A stretch of DNA of 64,000 bases from Chiloscyllium plagiosum (taxonomy: Eukaryota), in the NCBI RefSeq assembly GCF_004010195.1, contig NC_057749.1, positions 25,025,248 through 25,089,247 on the forward strand, written 5' to 3'. A program made the position numbers and the translations under genes. Position 1 is the first letter of the stretch. Each line of letters begins with the position of its first letter. The notes under the pieces are model-generated. The model was not told the DNA's origin, searched no databases, and saw only the letters and a program-made list of their open reading frames with translations. Shown in pieces: positions 1 through 12,240 of this stretch.

Positions 1-140
1 GGGTGAGTCTGGGAGATGGGGATAGTTTGGGAGATTGGGGACAGTTTGGGAGATGGGGGGATGAGTCTGGGAGATGGGGACAGTTTTGGAGATGGTGGGG
101 GGGGGGTGAGTCTGTGAGTTGGGGGTGTGGGAATTGGGGA
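1..140 (+). repeat. G-rich degenerate minisatellite (unit about 19 nt, GGGAGATGGGGACAGTTT / GGGTGAGTCT variants)
   Basis: Directly visible tandem units. Truncated by the window start. Confidence 0.75.
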
Positions 141-240
141 GAATTGACCACAGGGGAGTGGGAAATAGAAGTTCGGGCCGAAAACACATCAAAGTAAACT
201 TTTCTCTGTTTCTCTCTCAGAAAAGGGGTCGGCCTTGGTC

Positions 241-277
241 TGATTGGCGCCGGGTTTCCATGGGAGACGATGACGCA
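241..277 (+). promoter_or_regulatory. Candidate proximal promoter module: inverted CCAAT, RFX X-box-like site, CRE-like site
   Basis: ATTGG at 243-247, GTTTCCATGGGAGAC at 254-268 and TGACGCA at 271-277, in a locally CpG-rich patch about 650 nt upstream of the ATG. Confidence 0.5.
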
Positions 278-916
278 GGCGGTTTTGGATTACCTCTCAG
301 CTGGAATGCCTTGGGACAGTGCATTGAGAGACAGCTCTCGCTCTCATTGTTAAGCAGATTGGACATTGTTAAGCAGAGAGAGAGGGCAGCTCGCTCTGTC
401 TCGCTATCTGCCCCCTCCTTCCTTCCATCCCTCACTCCCCACCCCTTCCTGCCCTCCCTCCTCTGGGGGGTGGGGGGCTTTTCCAGCTTTTTCCTCCCCC
501 CTCCCTCCTTCAGCGAAAAACACGTGAACGCGATTGAGCAGCGAGAAAATAAAGGCAGCACTTTCAGCTTGTCTCACCTTCACTGTGCACCCTCTCCATT
601 CACTCCCAGCACCTTTACTTTACTTTTTTTTTCCTCGTTTTTTTTTAAATAGAAGGAAGGACAACAATCCACTTTCTTTCCTTAGCCTCCACTTTCCTCC
701 CTTCCCTTTTTATTTCAAAGCTGCCACCCCCCCCCCCTCTTTTTTTTTGTCTTGGCATCAAGGAGCTGAATTCTTGTGTTTCTGTAGGTAGTGTAAAAAT
801 TACCAGCACTGTCCACCCCCTCCCCCCCCACCCACCCACCCCCTCCTGCTCTCCCAGCACCAGCACCGCTTGCCCGGAGTAGGGGGAACACAACGGATTC
901 AATCGGCTCCCCAGTC

Positions 917-958
917 ATGAGCACAAAAAGTGATGAAGCTAACAACGGTGAAGAGGAG
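917..958 (+). CDS. rbpms2: RBPMS-family gene, coding exon 1 (MSTKSDEANNGEEE)
   Basis: ATG at 917, 14 codons ending in EEE, then donor GAG|GTAAGG. It splices in phase 0 to [10 protein letters not shown]. The short MSxKSD..NN.EEE N-terminus resembles fish/amphibian Rbpms2 (Hermes) more than RBPMS, but the paralog call is from memory. Confidence 0.9.
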
Positions 959-2139
959 GTAAGGTTTGGGTTTGTCCAAGAGGGGAGGGAAAGGGACACT
1001 ACACTGCACTCGTTCTCTTCTCCCACCCCCCCTTCCCAGGCTTTCACCTGTCACATTCATCCTGCTTTTTCCTTACCCCCCCCCCCTTTCCTGCTTTTAA
1101 AAAAAGTTACACTTTTTGAGCAAAAGTTTTTATATGGGGGTGGTGCTTACTCACATTCTCATCCTGACTTTTAAGAAGTTTTTGCTGTGCAACTTTTTTT
1201 TAAAAAAATCACCTGTTCATCTCATTTTTAGTTGGTCACTCGGCAATCTATTTTTTTTAAAGTAATGTTTGGTTTCCTGTTTAATAATAGTATTTACTGG
1301 TTGTGAGGGATGTGGCCTGCTTAAAGGGCACGTTCAGGAATGGAACCGTTGTGTCGTGTTCTTGCAGGTTTGCACTTTAGAAGTGAGGGTTTCACTAAAT
1401 CTCGCATTGTTGTATTTTTTTAAAATAAGCTTTTTGTTAAGTCTCCTCCAGTTTTAAGACTGTTGGTGTCACCCTCTCTCCAGACTTAGACTTGCCTCTC
1501 TCTCCCTCTGCCGTTTAGTTTAATAAGGTCTTAAAGCGGGACTGTCCAGGGGAAGTTCAGACCGTAAGCCTGGTTAATAGACAGCGCCTCTTTTATAGAG
1601 AGCAAGACCTCGCTGGTCTTTTTTCTTTCTTTCTCTCTCTCTGCAGTATTTTTGTTTTTGTTTCCTCGGAGATTTGTCTGAAAAACAACGAGGAGCTCGG
1701 CATCTTAAACACGCCAAGTTGTGTGCTTTACAGACGCTTAGAGTTCCTGCCTTTAATTTTGGGGGACTTCCGAAATAGATTTCGGAGTCACAGAAACCGG
1801 GCCAAAACCTAACAGTCATTCCATTTTTAATGACTTTTTTTTAGTTCTGAGAACTGGGGAAGAATATTTCAGTGTGGGAGAAGGGTTGAGAGTTCAGTAG
1901 GTCATCTGGTTTGAACTTGGAAGCAACTCTGTTGTTTTATATATAAAAAAACCTCGACTAGGATCAGTTCACTCCTTCTAAAGTGTTCTGCAACCACTCG
2001 CCCAGTTAATTCTTGCAGTTTCTGGTGTAACCAGACTGCAGTCGGTTCTCATTTTAACTCCGAGTCTGCCATCCCTTCATTTATAATAAATGTCTATTTT
2101 TTTAAAAAAAGGTCAGATTGATTCAAAGATGTAATGCCA

Positions 2140-2325
2140 CACCTCTGGGGCTGGTGAGATTTGAACCCAGGGAGCTTCGAGCTTAGAAGTAGGGACTCTG
2201 CCGTTGCGCCACAAGAACTGGTTTATCTGTGTTTTTTTAAAAAAATTCGGGGACACTTGTGGGGTCAGTGAGATTTGTACCAGGACCTCCTAGCCCAGAG
2301 GTAGGGTAACCACTTCAAGACCTCA
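2140..2325 (-). mobile_element. Two tandem decayed copies of a short tRNA-headed SINE
   Basis: Antisense B-box (TTGAACCC) and shared sequence with copies near 8450, 11270, 15980, 31280 and 58012. Confidence 0.55.
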
Positions 2326-3261
2326 TCTCACTTAAATTCCCAACTAATGTCTTGCCTGTGTGTATGGAGTGGGAAAGAGAAATGGTTACAGGTTGGAGTG
2401 TTAAATCCTCAATGTTCCAATTTATCGACTGATGATCAGTCTGCCCATTATGTCCACTCTCTCCTGGAACGTGCCACTTACTTTGTCTCCCTTGTGTGAT
2501 TAACTCCCTGTTAATGAATTTTTCCCCACCACAAGGTAACTTGCTATGCTAAAATACTCCTATATCCTTGGGCTGTCTTTGGATTATCTTCATGTGCCCC
2601 GTGGTTAAGTTTCCCCCTACCATTGAGGAAACCATTATTCCTCACTTGATCAAAATTCCTTTGTTCTCCAGTTGACACTGGCCTGAGTCTAACTTGCATC
2701 AGTTGACTAACTAAACTAGCCCAATTAGTTTGAGGCTGATCACAGCTTGCTAATGTCTGTTGGAATTGATGGGAATTAAATGTAGATTGAAATCTTTAAA
2801 CAACTTCCTCTTCCCTTGCTTTGAGGGGAGGGTGGAGGGGTGAGAGCCTTTCAGGATTGTGAGCAAGCAGCACTGTTCAGAGTTCTGGTTCACGTCAAGG
2901 GTTGGGTTAGAGAAGGTTTAAATCCAATTCCTTAACAGTCATGTGGCTGCTTTAAAGGTTGTGCCTGCTGTATCCTCCTAGATGAACACTAGTTCTAACT
3001 CTATTGCCACAACTTAATGACTCTGGTCATCTTGTGCAAGTGTGTCTGGCCAAGAATCACCTGACTGCGGGCATTGAGCAAACCTAGATCTCCTAACTTT
3101 ACTCGACCATATCTTAATCCTGACTTTTACAATAACTAAGGCTGATTTTAACTGCAGCTGTTCACAAGCAAACTTTGGTTTCCAGAATGTATGGAATGAG
3201 GAGTAGTAACTGGGCCATTCAGCCCCTCAAACCCACTCTCGGCTATTCAAATAAAATCGGA

Positions 3262-3554
3262 GGGTGTATGGTGACTCTGGTTAGCACTGCTACCTCACAG
3301 CACCTGGGTTCGATTCCAGCCTTAGGTGACCGTCTGCATGTTCTCAGTGTCCGCATGGTTTTTTCCAACATTGCAAAGATGTGCAGGTTAGGTGAATCGG
3401 TCTTGCTAAATTGCTGATAGTGTTCAGGGGTGTGTAGGTTAGTGGTAAATGTAGAGTAATAGGATGGTGTCTGGGTGGGTTACTCTTCGGAGGATCGATA
3501 TGGACTTGGGTCAAATGGCCTGTTTACACACTGTAGGGATTCTATGATCCTATG
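3262..3554 (+). mobile_element. HE1-type V-SINE, decayed; followed by a CR1 3' tail to about 3663
   Basis: tRNA head (TGGTTAGCACTGC...GGTTCGATTCC), part of the V-core and a CR1-like tail. Confidence 0.8.
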
Positions 3555-4261
3555 AATAGGAAAGGTCTAGAGGGATATGGGCAAATGCTGGCAGAAAGGA
3601 CTAGATATATTTAGGATATCTGTTCTGCGTGGGCTGAAGGGTCTGTTTCTGTCTCTGACTCTGTTTGTGGTCGCCACTTTCCTGTCTGCAAACCTCTCCC
3701 TCACCAAAAATTTGGAGTTACTTGATGGTCAAAAAAAATGCTCTAACTTGGCTGGTTCTTCAATAGATCTGGGAGTAAAATTGCCTGTGGACAAATCCTC
3801 CTGGGACCTTGTGCATCTGAGAAGATTCCACAGGAATTTATAAATTCATGTAACTGCAGCTGCGTCGTAACAGTGATATTGGACTGACAACCGATGGAAT
3901 TTTGTTTGAGTTTGCCAGAGTTGCAGTACCTAGAGGGCCTCTATTGGTGACTCTACAGATGGGCCCTCTAACATGTGCACTTATTCCTCCACCCCCCCAC
4001 CCCCACTTCTCTGAAGGCCTCACTAGAACGAAGTTTAATGTTCCTAATCTGCAATACGTGCGGTGCTGAATGTTGTTAGCAAGCATCAACATACGTTTTT
4101 AAAAAGTGGGACTTCTAATGAAAAATTGAGTTTAAAGGAAAAATACTGGAGAAAGTCGACAGCATTTGTGGCGAGATGGCCGCAGTTAGACTTTTTGAGT
4201 AGTCTTCTCTTCAGAACTCTGAATTGTTCACACCGATGAGAGTAGAAATAGAATGATGTGG

Positions 4262-4424
4262 ATGTACTGGGGTGGACAAAGTCAGGAACCGCACGGCATT
4301 GGGTTACGATCCCAACAGGTTTACTTGAAATCACAAGCTTTTGGAGCCTGACCAAGGAGCAGCGCTCCAAAAGCTTGTGATTTCAAATAAACCTGTTGGA
4401 CTGTAATTTGGTGTTGTGTGACTT
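4262..4424. mobile_element. Family B hammerhead-motif element, palindromic, core decayed
   Basis: CCAACAGGTTTACTTGAAATCACAAGCTTTTGGAGC is the inverse of GCTCCAAAAGCTTGTGATTTCAAATAAACCTGTTGG. Core reads CTGACCA-A-GGAGC-AGC-GCTCC-AAAA. Confidence 0.75.
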
Positions 4425-4544
4425 GAAACATGGCTCCGGGCTTCAGCTGTTTGCAGCATTGGGGATGTCCCTGTAGCGGGATGGATGAGTCGTCCCTCAA
4501 CTAGGACCAGTGCCCTTTTAGAAAGCTTCTCCGGGGGGTTACGA

Positions 4545-4842
4545 GTCGAGAGTATGGTGCTGAGAAAGCACAGCAGGTCAGGCAGCATCCGAAGAGCAGG
4601 AGAGTTGAAGTTTTTTGCATAATCCCTTAATCAGGAGTCAGCACACTCTCCTCTCCTCCTCTCCAGCATCTGCGGTCCTCACTTTCTCCTAATAACCCCA
4701 TCATCCCACCATCTGCTCTTCATGGAAGAGCTTATGCCTGAAACGTTGACTCTCCTGCTCCTCGGATGCTGCCTGACCCGCTGTGCTTTTCCACCGCCAT
4801 GTTCTCAACTCTGACCTCCAGCACCTGCAGTCCTCCCTTTCT
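4545..4842. mobile_element. Family A PLE-terminal elements: one inverted copy plus partial tandem sense copies
   Basis: AAAGCACAGCAGGTCAGGCAGCATCC on the left and its reverse complement on the right. The CCAGCA(T/C)CTGC end occurs twice. Confidence 0.8.
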
Positions 4843-5499
4843 CTGGGGATTAGGGACCAACATGTAAGAATTATAGAGGAATTAAATTCATTACGTTAGA
4901 CAATTAGGAAGGGAATAGTTTCCTGTTAGTAAGAGCAATTAAGGTGGGTTAAATATGCAGGAGGAAGTAAAAAAGAAATTACTGCCCAATTATATGGGGA
5001 AGGAGAGTAATACAAGCATTTTTTATTTAATGCTAGAGGTTCAAGAATTTAGATCTCGGTGTAGGGGCACAGTTGCAAAATTTGCAGCCGTATATTACTG
5101 TTATGGCTTTGTGGAAATGATGTGACTCCGAAATAGTCAAGTAATCATGAATGAGGTGTTCAATAATGAAGGGAGGTGGCCATAATGATTAAGGATAACA
5201 TTGCAATGCTAAGAGGACAACATCAAGAGGTCAAGAACCAAATCTTTGAGAACTAAGAAACCAATTGCGTGCTGCCAATAGACCACCTGTTAGTGGAAAA
5301 AGATATAGAGGGACAAACTTGCAAGGAAATGAGGGGTGAAAGTATTAGAGGATTTTAATTGTCTAATAGTGGGTTGCACGAACAGGGCTGGGTAAGTGTT
5401 TTCAGGAAACTTTTCTATGCATTTCAACCTAACCAGAATGACTTCACTACTAGGTGAATGAGTTGCGCAAGTGGATAATGTCTATAGGGAAACACTTCA

Positions 5500-5837
5500 C
5501 AGAATCATAGAATCCCCACAGTGTGAAAGCAAACCATTCAGCCCATTGAGTCCACACTGACTCTCCAAAGCTCATCCCACCTGATCCCCACCCCCTTGTA
5601 CTACAACCCTGCATTTCCCATGGCTAATCCACCAAACCGGCAAGTCCCTGGACACTATGGGGCAATTTTGCATCACCAATCCACCTAACGTGCACATCTT
5701 TGGATTGTGCAAGGAAACCCACACAGACATGGGAAGAAAGTGCAAACTCAACATGGACAGTCACCCGAAGGTGCAATCAAACCTGGGTCCCTGGCACTGA
5801 GGCAGCAGTGCTAACCACTCTGTCACTGTGCTGCCCA
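5500..5837 (-). mobile_element. HE1-type V-SINE
   Basis: Reverse-complement tRNA head (GCAGCAGTGCTAACCACT), V-core and tail. Confidence 0.85.
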
Positions 5838-6082
5838 TTATTGAGGGACAGTAATTATTGTAAGTTTGTTTTTGTTGTCAATGGAAAAGGCTAAGGAGCA
5901 ATCTTGAGTAAAAGTGATTAACTAGCTTTGTCAATCGCTGAATAAGTGATTTGATCTAAAATTGAATAAAAAATTGACTGTAACTGACTTGCTTTAAGTA
6001 AAGAGTGGTTAGATACAGAAAAGGTATATTCCTCAGGTCGGAAGGTAGGGCAGATAAATTCGGAGTGCTGTGAATGATGGAA

Positions 6083-6380
6083 GAGATTAAGATTTAGACT
6101 AGATTCTGAACAGTATGGAAACAGGCCCTTTGGCCCAACAAGTCCAAACTGACCCTCTAAAGAGCAACCCACCCAGACCCATTTCCCCATATTTATCCCT
6201 GATTAACGCACCTAACACTATGGGCAATTTCACATGGCCAATCCACCTGACCTGTGTCCCACATTGTGGGAGGAAACTGGAGCACCCGGAGGAAACCCAC
6301 GCAGAACATGGGGAGAATTGTGTGGAGTTTGCACAGTCACCGGAGGTGGGAATTGAATCCAAGTCTCTGGTGCTGTGAGG
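6083..6380 (-). mobile_element. HE1-type V-SINE, 5' truncated
   Basis: GGGAGGAAACTGGAGCACCCGGAGGAAACCCACGCAGA core and GGAAACAGGCCCTTTGGCCCAACAAGTCC tail. Confidence 0.85.
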
Positions 6381-7226
6381 AGTTTTTGACCAATGCCAGG
6401 TGGCCAATGCAACCCTGAACTGGGCTGAATTTTGGAAGGTTCCAAACAGAATGGAGAAACAAAACGAGAAGCAAAAGGCAGAGGCCGCAAAGGGATTAGC
6501 AGCAAACATGCAAGGTGCATTCGAGTGAATTCTATATGCACAGTAAAAGGATGGTAAAAGAAAGAGTTGACTGATTTAAGGAACCAAAATGGGATTTAAT
6601 CATGGAGGTATTGGCATAGTGAGTATTAAATGAACAACTACCATCTCAATCCTGAGTAAAGACTGATGCAGTCAGGGTCATGTCGATTGTGAATAGATTT
6701 TGGGCTCTTTGAAGAGTTTAAAATTGATTTTTGAATAGTTTCTTTAGAATTGAACAGGGTTGGATTGCTCTGAGGAGGCTAAGGCAAGTGAGGGTGGATC
6801 TTGAAGAGGTGCTGACCATAACTTGGCTGTGTCCCTCACCACTGAGGTGGTGTCAGAGGACTGGGGAATGGCAAATGTCCTACTGTTTTGGATGGATGGT
6901 TTAAAAATAGTCTCCTAGTGTTCAGTGTTTGGACACCTGCTCTGGACGTACATATTTAGATGTGGATTGTGCCGAACAAAACAGTTTCAAAATGTAAGTG
7001 TGGTACAAAGCTGCAGAACTTCAGTAGGTTGAGCAGACAAGTGACAGATTTAAGTTTAAAGCAATGTTTAGTGCAGCATGATTCTTCCTTTCAAGATGAA
7101 TGAGGGGAGATAATAAAGGAGGCAATAATGAAGGAAGTGTAGGAGGAGGGGTGCCTGGGTCCATGTACATAAATCATTGAAGGCAGACTGAGACTTGTTA
7201 ATGAAACATACTTGTAGCCTTTAATT

Positions 7227-7496
7227 GGGTGGCATGGTGGCTCAGTGATTAGCACTGCCTCTCAGCACCTGGGTCCCAGGTTTGATTCCAGCCTCAGGTG
7301 TCCGTCCGTCCGTGGGGTTTCCTCCGGATGCTCCGGTTTCCTCCCACAGTCCAAAGATGTGCAGGTCGGATGAATTGGCCATGCTAAATTGTCCAGAGTG
7401 TTAGGTGCATTAGTCAGAGGGAAACTGGTCTGGGTGGTTTACTCTTTGGACGGTCAGTGTGGACTGATTTCCACACTCTACGGAATCTAATCTAAT
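7227..7496 (+). mobile_element. HE1-type V-SINE
   Basis: A/B-box head, V-core and (AATCT)n tail. Confidence 0.88.
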
Positions 7497-9323
7497 AATG
7501 AAAACAAAATTTATGTTAAACCTGTGTTGAAGACTGCTTCAACCTGATTTGAAGAATTGTGTACAGTGCAGAATGCCACACTTTAGGAAAGGTGTGAAAC
7601 TATAGGAGAGGGTTTGGAAAAGATTCAAGAGAATGATTCCATTTAGTTTTGTGGAGAGACTTTATAGCGGTTTATAAAATGAGATGTATGCATGGAGTTA
7701 ATAGTAGTTGTTTATTCCTTAGGATGGGGGATTCAAGATGAGGGGGCACATTTTTAAGGTGAGATGAGAGATTTTTTAAAAAAAAAAAGGACAACTTTTT
7801 TACATGGTAGTTCACACAGAATGAACTTCCTGAGAAAATGGTGTTAATGTGCGCACATCCAATGTTTAAAATGTATTTTGGATAAGATGAGTAGGAAAAG
7901 TGTGGAGGAATATCAGCCAGTAGCAGGCAGTTGGTGTTAGTTTAGTTTGGAATTGAGGTTGGCATGGGCTAGTTAGACCGAAGAGTCTGTTTCCGTGCTG
8001 TGTGGCTGACTCTGACTCTTAAGTTGGAGCAATTTCCTTTGGAGAAGATTGACAGGAGAGGCTCAAAATCATGACGGGCATTGGTGGGTAGAAGAGGAAG
8101 AGCTGTTTGATAGAAGGATCGCGAGGGAGCACTTTGGGATGGCTTTTAGCAAAAGAAGCAATGGTGACACAACTGGTTCATGCTACAAGTGGGTAGGCTC
8201 TGGAACGTTCTGAGGGGGCAGATTCAATTGGTGTTGAGGATGGGATTGGACAGTTGAGGATTAATGTACAAGGTTGTTGGAAGAGATGGAGAGGTTGGTA
8301 TCAACAGTGTGGTGATGTGCTATTGGCACAGACCTGAGGGCCAAATGACCAACTGTGCTACAACAGCTCTTGGAATAGTGATACTTGGTGTCCCCGATGG
8401 TAATTCCCTCATGGCATTTGGTGAGCATTTCCACATGCACGCAGTGAGGATCATTGTGATATGGTCTCCAGCTATGGGCCAGGTGGTCTTGAGTTCAAGT
8501 CCCACCTGTCCCAGTGGTGCCATAACATCTTCCAGTAGGGTAAGAGATCCAGTCATTTTGGAGAGCGTAATTATTTGCAGTGTCAGTGAGCTTTGGCAAT
8601 GTTGGGAACCTTCACTAGCAACATAATTTCCCAGTGACTCAGGGTTGAAGCGACCTGTTCTGTATCTCCTTTTTAAGACTTGGCAAGATGATCGAAGTTG
8701 ATAGTGGCAGGATGTGAAAGGAGAGATGTTTAATTTTCCAGTGATTCTTTGTCCTCTCGGATGCCGGTCAAAAGAGGCAGTGGGGATCAGCCCTTTGACA
8801 TGGGATTGAGAGTTCTGCAGCAGTCTGAATTCCTTTTGGGGTGTTGCAGAACCTCGAGGGTTCAATTCTCCCTGTCTGAGCAGGGAAGAGCTTTTGAATT
8901 CAGCCACAGGGGGATAAAACCCTCCTTTTCCTATCATCGGTACCTTGATTCCACTTCCTGCAATGGAATCCAAACCAACAGTTGAAGGTTGGGGGCTCAA
9001 GGGGAAGGTTTCCCCTCGTAACTGTATTCTCAGCACCCCCTTACCCCACGCACCTAATTCTATTCCAAGTTGCTGCTTACTGTTGGAAACAGTGATTGCC
9101 CAAGAGTAGTCTGCATCAGAAATGGTAAACCGTTCAAGTGGCAATGGTTCCTGATGTTAACATCTGGGCGATGGGGGTTTGCGAGAGTAAGCTAGCCTAT
9201 AATGAAGTTCACCAGACCTGACTGGTAGTTACTTTTCTTAAACACTACCTCCTTAAATCCCAACACACGCACTTTCCTTGAACTTTTCCTATTTTATTTC
9301 CACTTGTTCAAAGCATTATTGTT

Positions 9324-9669
9324 GGCAGCACAGCGGCTCGTGGTTAGCACTGCTGCCTCACAGTGCCAGGGACCCAGGTTTGATTCCTGCCTCCAGGTGA
9401 CTGTCTGTTTGAAGTTTGCATATTCTTCTGGTATCTGTTTGGGTTGCCTCCAGGTGCCCCAGTTCCCTCCCATAGTCCAGAGATGTGCCAGTTAGGTGAA
9501 TTGGTCATGTTAAAATTGCCCATAGTGTTCAGGCATGTGTGGGTTAGGTGCATCAGTCTGGTCTGAATGTAGAGCAGTAAGGAATGGGTCTGTGTGGGTC
9601 CCTCTTTGGAGGGTCAGTGTGGCCTTGTTGGGCCAAAGGGTCTGTTTCCACACTATAGGGATTCTATAT
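9324..9669 (+). mobile_element. HE1-type V-SINE
   Basis: Head, core and tail all recognisable. Confidence 0.85.
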
Positions 9670-10214
9670 CGTTAGCTAGAGGGTTAATGTGGGCTCTTGC
9701 TCTCCTATACATGCACACGCGCAAATAACCTCCCAGTGCCTGCTGATTAACACAAATACGAGTCTAACATCAGGCACGCTTCCGAGACGTTGTGACAAGA
9801 TTATAAGAGTTCCAAACTTTATTGCAACATCAACTATTTAACGCCAGTTGCTTGTTCTCTGATGTAGAAGCTAATCCGGATTGGTGGTGTTCATGTGGGG
9901 AAAGTTTATTCTGCTTCCTGTTTCTCAGGAGTCTTTCCCTGCAGTCTCTCTGCACTTGGTTACTGGAAATATCTGCAAGTGTTCCAGTGTCCACACCTGT
10001 GACCAAACTATATGCTACTAACCCACTCTGTCTGTAGCATAATTGAAAGTTAATGAAATGCTGCGCTGTAATGGAGTGAATCCACTAACTATTTTGCCCA
10101 TCTAGTCAAATCAGGCTAAATAACAAGTTTTTTTTTTCCCCTACCTTGCTTTTTGGCGTTTTAGAGTATTCATAGCAATGTAACTACATCTAGCATTTCC
10201 AGTCAGCTCCAGTG

Positions 10215-10345
10215 CAAGCAAAGTACTGCAGCTGCTGGAAACCTGAAATAAACACCAGTGCTGCAGAAACTCGGCAAGGACTGGCAATGCCTGAGGAGAG
10301 AGGAACAGAGTTGATGTTTTCAGTCTGCTCGGACCTTTTTGGAAT
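10215..10345 (-). mobile_element. Family C element, decayed
   Basis: TACTGCAGCTGCTGGAAACCTGAAATAAA...GAGAGAGGAACAGAGTTGATGTTTTCAG matches the reverse complement of the copies at 34772 and 37120. Confidence 0.6.
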
Positions 10346-11689
10346 AGATCGTTTCGTAGAGCATTCATGAAACTTTTCCATGTCCCTTTTTTAATGGATC
10401 ACATTTTATTTTAAATGTTAAGGCAACTATCAATGTGACAGATTAGAGTGCACTATAGTTTACCCTGTCAGAGCCTGACTTAGTGTGGGTATGTGTGTGT
10501 ACGCGCAAAGATCATTACTGATGTCCAGATGTTGATAACATTTTTATTCTTAGCCAGGGACTAATGGGACAGTTGTCCCTTAGACATCATGCAGCTTGAA
10601 GTCCGGCGATTCCTTTGGAATTTGCTTTTGGGTTACAGCATTTAGAGACTTGCCTTTTTTCAATTTACAACTGTCCAGCTCCCTCCTAGCCAGATAAAAT
10701 GGCAAAATTGTGCTGCGTTGTTACAGCAACTTAGTAGTGTCTTATTATGCTTTCAGCTGTTCACTGGCGGAAACTATTGTTCGAGTTAACAATACAACAT
10801 TCTTGTTTAAACCACTGAAATATAACCTGGGTCAGCAAGGCCCTTAAATCCTAGAATGGATGCCAAATACACTCGCCGCTTGTTATGTTAGACCTGTACA
10901 TGTTTATTAGCAGGACACTGAGTAACTGTGGAAACCCAACGGTTAACAGCAGAATCTCTGTCTGGCCAGGAATTTAGCAATGATTGGAGTTTTACTGTCA
11001 GGGAGTTTTCACTTTCAAGGGGAGAGTGAAAGGGAGGATGGATACCATCACAGGGAGGTTGAGCTGAATGTTGCCAGTGATCCTGCCTTCATATAACTTG
11101 CACATTGTTTTTCTAGCTTAAAACTGCCCTCCTGCCTGAGTCCCCTCATAGAAAGTTAATCCACCAGGCAATTTTAAATCCAGTCTGACTGACCAGCCAG
11201 TGTACGGTGCTTTTAATTGATTTTTAACTGACTTGAGATGTGATTACGCAACTCTGGAGTAAATTAGAACACATCCGGGCCTTCTGGCTCAGATACAGGG
11301 ACACTGCCACTGTAGCATGAGAACCTCAAAAATAGCTTTTGACCAACCTGATTTGGGTATGTGGTTGTAAATTTTTAACAGCTGGTCCAAAAAGGTTTTC
11401 CACTCAATTGTGGGTTTCACATCTTTCTCTCTCCTGTCACCCCTGCTGTTTTTAAAAATAAAACTGTTGTGTTAAAGCTCTCCCCTTTGACTGATTTGGC
11501 AATTAATATCAAGTTCGAGAACGTAACTTGTTTTTGTGCCTTCATTTGTACCGGCTTTGTCGTCTGAAGTGTCAGTACTGGTGAAGAAAAATACTTCCAT
11601 TAATCAACATTTTGGTCCATTCTTGAAACCTCTCCATCACTTTGTACAAGCTTCACCAGCAGTTCACTTGAATGTCTTTTGAAGTATTC

Positions 11690-12240
11690 ACATCAAAGAG
11701 TTTCATTCTCCTCTTCAAAATACCGATTGAGAAAGTTGTAATCTCGCTTAGCCTCCGTATTTCCCTCAAACTCATCCAAACCTTGCATTCCTCATTCCAT
11801 TCTGCGCCAACTCCCCTTGCTCCTGTGTGCTGGGACCTGGTGTGGTGACACCTCCATTCCAGAAAAGTTTATGGTTTTCAAATCCCTCATCGCCTCACCT
11901 GTTCTTATCTTTTTTTTTTGTTCCCCCCCCCACCTTTTTTCTCCTCTGTCTCTCTACAGTCCCCATTCGTTTTAAACATTCTGCATATTTATTAGTCTGT
12001 TCGCAGTGGTGTAGCTGTAGCTGCCTGCAACCCAGGCTGTATTGTTCTGTCCCGGAGCTTCTGTTTTCTGTTGCTTATGAATCGAGCTTGTGGTCAGCTC
12101 TCCTATACCTCTTGCTCAAGCCAGTTTATTATTTCTTACTCTTTCCTGTCAGTATCAATCTTCCACTGTTTGTTTGGTGCCTTTTTCTACATATTCCATT
12201 TTCAAAATGTGCCTCCTGAAGCTTCTGTTAATAAGCAGCT
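11690..12240 (+). mobile_element. Possible very old L2-type LINE 3' remnant
   Basis: Weak traces resembling the SPITPVL...FKSLHGL C-terminal motifs (TTTCAAATCCCTCATCGCCTC). Confidence 0.35.

Larger units (their letters stand above)
5130..8370 (+). mobile_element. Old, heavily deleted CR1 LINE (endonuclease to 3' end), interrupted by three HE1 SINEs and a second CR1 tail (about 7655-8020)
   Basis: Colinear decayed ORF2 motifs: EDWGMANV (about 6855) and an HFRKGV..ERVWKRF.RMIP-like stretch (about 7580-7640). Confidence 0.65.

Noticed and set aside
770..795. Acceptor-like TTGTGTTTCTGTAG upstream of the ATG (possible 5' UTR intron)
   Set aside because: No supporting upstream exon or donor can be identified, and the region is pyrimidine-rich throughout.
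119..902. Overlapping ORFs in the promoter and 5' UTR region
   Set aside because: Low-complexity pyrimidine/purine tracts produce stop-poor frames, and the peptides show no homology signal.
917..1174. 85-aa ORF starting at the true ATG
   Set aside because: Only the first 14 codons are exonic. The rest is read-through past a strong GTAAGG donor.
8320..9144. Longest ORF in the track (274 aa, minus strand)
   Set aside because: No ATG start, no recognisable domain, and it overlaps SINE and CR1 remnants antisense to the intron. Most likely a chance ORF.
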